Source: an uncultured Acidobacteriota bacterium (lineage in GTDB: Bacteria; Acidobacteriota; JAQAZP01). From it: 64,000 nt of DNA. The stretch is taken from assembly GCA_963836075.1 (NCBI GenBank), contig CAWIIB010000009.1:1024001-1088000 (forward strand), read 5' to 3'. This document shows, one piece after another, positions 61,674 to 64,000 of this stretch. Position numbers and translations under genes: made by a program. The stretch's first letter is position 1. Every line of letters begins with the position of its first letter. Under the pieces are notes generated by a model. That model ran no database searches. It was not told the DNA's origin and saw nothing but the letters and a program-made list of their open reading frames with translations.

Positions 61674-63669
61674 AGGGATCCAACTCCAGAATCACCGACC
61701 GTTCGCCGGTAACGGGATCCAGTCGTACCAGCGACGAGTGGTCCTCGATATAGAGGCTGCTCCCGGGGGAACCGGGAGAGGGCCAGGCGCCGAAGATGCC
61801 CGCGACACCGCGCCCACTCCCTATAACCGGGCGGACCTCTCGACCGAGAAGCCGACAGTCACCATCATCGAGGTTGGCAAGATAGCATTCGGTCTGTAAC
61901 TGGACTTTCGGCTTCTTCGAGAGCGTTCGAGTCACTCGCAATGCCAGCAGGCCGGGCGCCACCTCCCCATGGATAGTGCCCCAGCCTTCAGCTATCCTGA
62001 TTGTGCGCAGAACTGTGCCTTCGGGGGAATACAGAACAAGCTCGGTCGAGTCTTCCACTCGTCGCAGGATGGCGATTCTGCCATCGAAAAGCAGGTGTGC
62101 CGAATCTGAGAAAGACCAGTTTCCCTGGTCCAACCGTGAAATAGACTCGCCGGTCCTGCCGTCGTGCAGGTAGATGGAACCATTGTCCTCATCCCTCTTC
62201 TGAATCGTCATCCGTTTCGTATCCCGCGACCAGGAGGCGCGGTACAAGCCGTTGGCAGCGTTGGGGATGAATCCCGTGCGGTGGAAGTCTCCCCGGGCCA
62301 CGTCGAATTCAGCAATCACTACGCCGCCCCGGTCATCCTGACCCTCGGGCAGGTCAGGATAGAGCCCGGCCATTTCCCCGGGAAGGGCCATGCGGTAGAA
62401 CCGGACCAGGTTCGGGCTCTGGAACATTACCCGGTGGTATCTCAGGTCGCGACAGGTGCGGGTGGTGGCCAGCATCTGACCCGAGTCCAGGTCGAATACC
62501 TGCAAGTCATTTTCGATCACCAGTGCCAGGCGCTCACCGTCCGCCGATAGCGCCAAGTTCCGTACCCACTGGTCGAGTTCCAGGACCTGCTCCGGCTGGT
62601 TCTCCGCTTCCCCCAGATCGACGGTCCAGATCTGGGCTGCCAGGTCCCTGCCCCACGATCTAGCGACGTACTGGAGCCAGACCACACGTCGGCCATCCGG
62701 GGTGAAGGCGACAGTGTTTGCCCCACGCCACGGAACATCGGTGCGCAGCCAGTGTTTGCTATCCGTGTTGAACAGGAAGGACTGGCTGTAGCTTGTGCCA
62801 CCTCGTTTCACCTGGCCGGAGAGGTAGACCCAGCTCCCTTCTCCACCGGCCATGGCTTCATCGATGAAATAGAGATCCTGCGGTTCAGCACTCCTGATCC
62901 ACGCCGAGTACCCGGCATGGACAGAAGCGCTGATCAACAAGCCGCCGCTGAGAGCCAGGGCCAGTACCCGGGCCCCCCGTTTCAGATCGGCCCGCCCCAA
63001 CAAAACCTGGAACAGCCCGGCTGCATACAGCGAGACCAGGAGGCCGCCCAACAGCAGCAGGATTGAGATGAACATCGGGCTGCCGATCAGGCCCAGCGGG
63101 ATGGCTGAATGCCAGGCCACGGACGCCGCGGCGATTCCCACGGCAAGGGGAAGTATGATCCAGGCCGACTGGGCGCGGGCCAGTATGCTCAGTGTATAGG
63201 CGAGCCCGATGAGCAGCGCGACACAGAAAAGGGAAAGGGCCATGGCAGGCGCCTTGAACACTTCCAGAAACACACCGTGCCCCCGGGCGGCATCAGCCCC
63301 GGGCAGCAGGGTGCCGAGGAAGGTGGGGAGGAGAACGATCAGCACCACGGAAGCAATCAGGATCAGAACGCCAGTCATTTTTCCGGCCCAGACGGTCAGG
63401 CCGGACAACGGCCGGGAAAAATAGAACCCGAACCGCTTTTCCGACAGATCGCGGCCGATCACCGTTGCCCCGAGGATCAGGGAAAGGGCCACGGTGAATC
63501 CGGCGGCCAGCGCCAGGGCCGAGGTAGCTCGGAGAGACGTCGGATCGTAGGATTTCAACGCCGGCAGAAAGGGGAGCAGAAAGGGCAGGGGGGCGATAAT
63601 TGCAGCCAGGAGAAATACCTGGCGGCGGGCGACCAGTTCCCTGAGGGTCAGTTGGATCAGGCCTTTCAT
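61672..63669 (-). CDS. ABC-2-type permease-like membrane protein fused to a beta-propeller-like domain
   Basis: FYFSRPLS....W.GK motif, multiple TM helices, FTPDG and LSADG repeats; ATGA overlap with the ATPase gene. Confidence 0.7.
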   Translation of the reverse strand: MKGLIQLTLRELVARRQVFLLAAIIAPLPFLLPFLPALKSYDPTSLRATSALALAAGFTVALSLILGATVIGRDLSEKRFGFYFSRPLSGLTVWAGKMTGVLILIASVVLIVLLPTFLGTLLPGADAARGHGVFLEVFKAPAMALSLFCVALLIGLAYTLSILARAQSAWIILPLAVGIAAASVAWHSAIPLGLIGSPMFISILLLLGGLLVSLYAAGLFQVLLGRADLKRGARVLALALSGGLLISASVHAGYSAWIRSAEPQDLYFIDEAMAGGEGSWVYLSGQVKRGGTSYSQSFLFNTDSKHWLRTDVPWRGANTVAFTPDGRRVVWLQYVARSWGRDLAAQIWTVDLGEAENQPEQVLELDQWVRNLALSADGERLALVIENDLQVFDLDSGQMLATTRTCRDLRYHRVMFQSPNLVRFYRMALPGEMAGLYPDLPEGQDDRGGVVIAEFDVARGDFHRTGFIPNAANGLYRASWSRDTKRMTIQKRDEDNGSIYLHDGRTGESISRLDQGNWSFSDSAHLLFDGRIAILRRVEDSTELVLYSPEGTVLRTIRIAEGWGTIHGEVAPGLLALRVTRTLSKKPKVQLQTECYLANLDDGDCRLLGREVRPVIGSGRGVAGIFGAWPSPGSPGSSLYIEDHSSLVRLDPVTGERSVILELDP

Positions 63670-64000
63670 CGTCTTTCCTCCACGGCATCCCCGGTGAGGG
63701 TGATGAAGATCTCCTCCAGCGACATGGGATCGGCGGACAGCGGCATCGCCTCACCGGTGTCCTGATGTGCGGTGAGCGCATCATCTTGGTAGCGGTCCAC
63801 CACCCACTCCCGGCCCAGCTCATGGGCCGTGAAGCTGATCACACCCAGGGGTTCGAGCAGTGCCGGCACCGCGGTCTGATCCGGGGCAGCCGTGGCGCGA
63901 ATGCGGCGGTGCCGGTCCTTGACCGACTCCAGGGGTTCGTCGAGAACGAGCTTTCCTTCACGAAGAATCCCCACCCGGTCGGCGATCCCCTCCACTCCGG
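63666..64000 (-). CDS. ABC transporter ATP-binding protein, C-terminal part (runs off the window)
   Basis: IADRVGILREGKLV and SLEEIF motifs. Confidence 0.8.
   Translation of the reverse strand, partial: GVEGIADRVGILREGKLVLDEPLESVKDRHRRIRATAAPDQTAVPALLEPLGVISFTAHELGREWVVDRYQDDALTAHQDTGEAMPLSADPMSLEEIFITLTGDAVEERR

Overview
GC-rich bacterial window, tentatively Acidobacteriota-like; this is inferred from the Oar-type TonB receptors, the FG-GAP protein with GPGPG repeats and the ABC permease/propeller fusion. (1) 1-19.5 kb: a mostly minus-strand cluster of two arylsulfatases, two paralogous secreted unknowns, MoxR, HAD, DUF58, PafA-type phosphatase, DUF4381 and BatA/BatB-like VWA genes, followed by MscS, a pentameric ligand-gated ion channel homologue and MltF. 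(2) 20-33 kb: a hybrid two-component regulator, a secreted repeat protein, a YfhO-like protein and an FG-GAP protein. (3) 33-53 kb, the main finding: a coupled operon of GH2 beta-galactosidase, galK, a kinase/M23/PLP phospho-lyase fusion and GH63, next to a sugar symporter, two TonB receptors and hypD with its activase. Together these read as a candidate catabolic locus for the collagen-specific modifications glucosyl-galactosyl-hydroxylysine and 4-hydroxyproline. (4) 53-61.7 kb: a mosaic of IS91-like transposase remnants with three copies of a putative oriIS end, truncated genes and a DDE transposase. (5) The end of an ABC transporter pair. Many genes between 29.6 and 53 kb carry frameshifts that are probably sequencing indels. 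All calls are from motif recognition only; no database searches were run.
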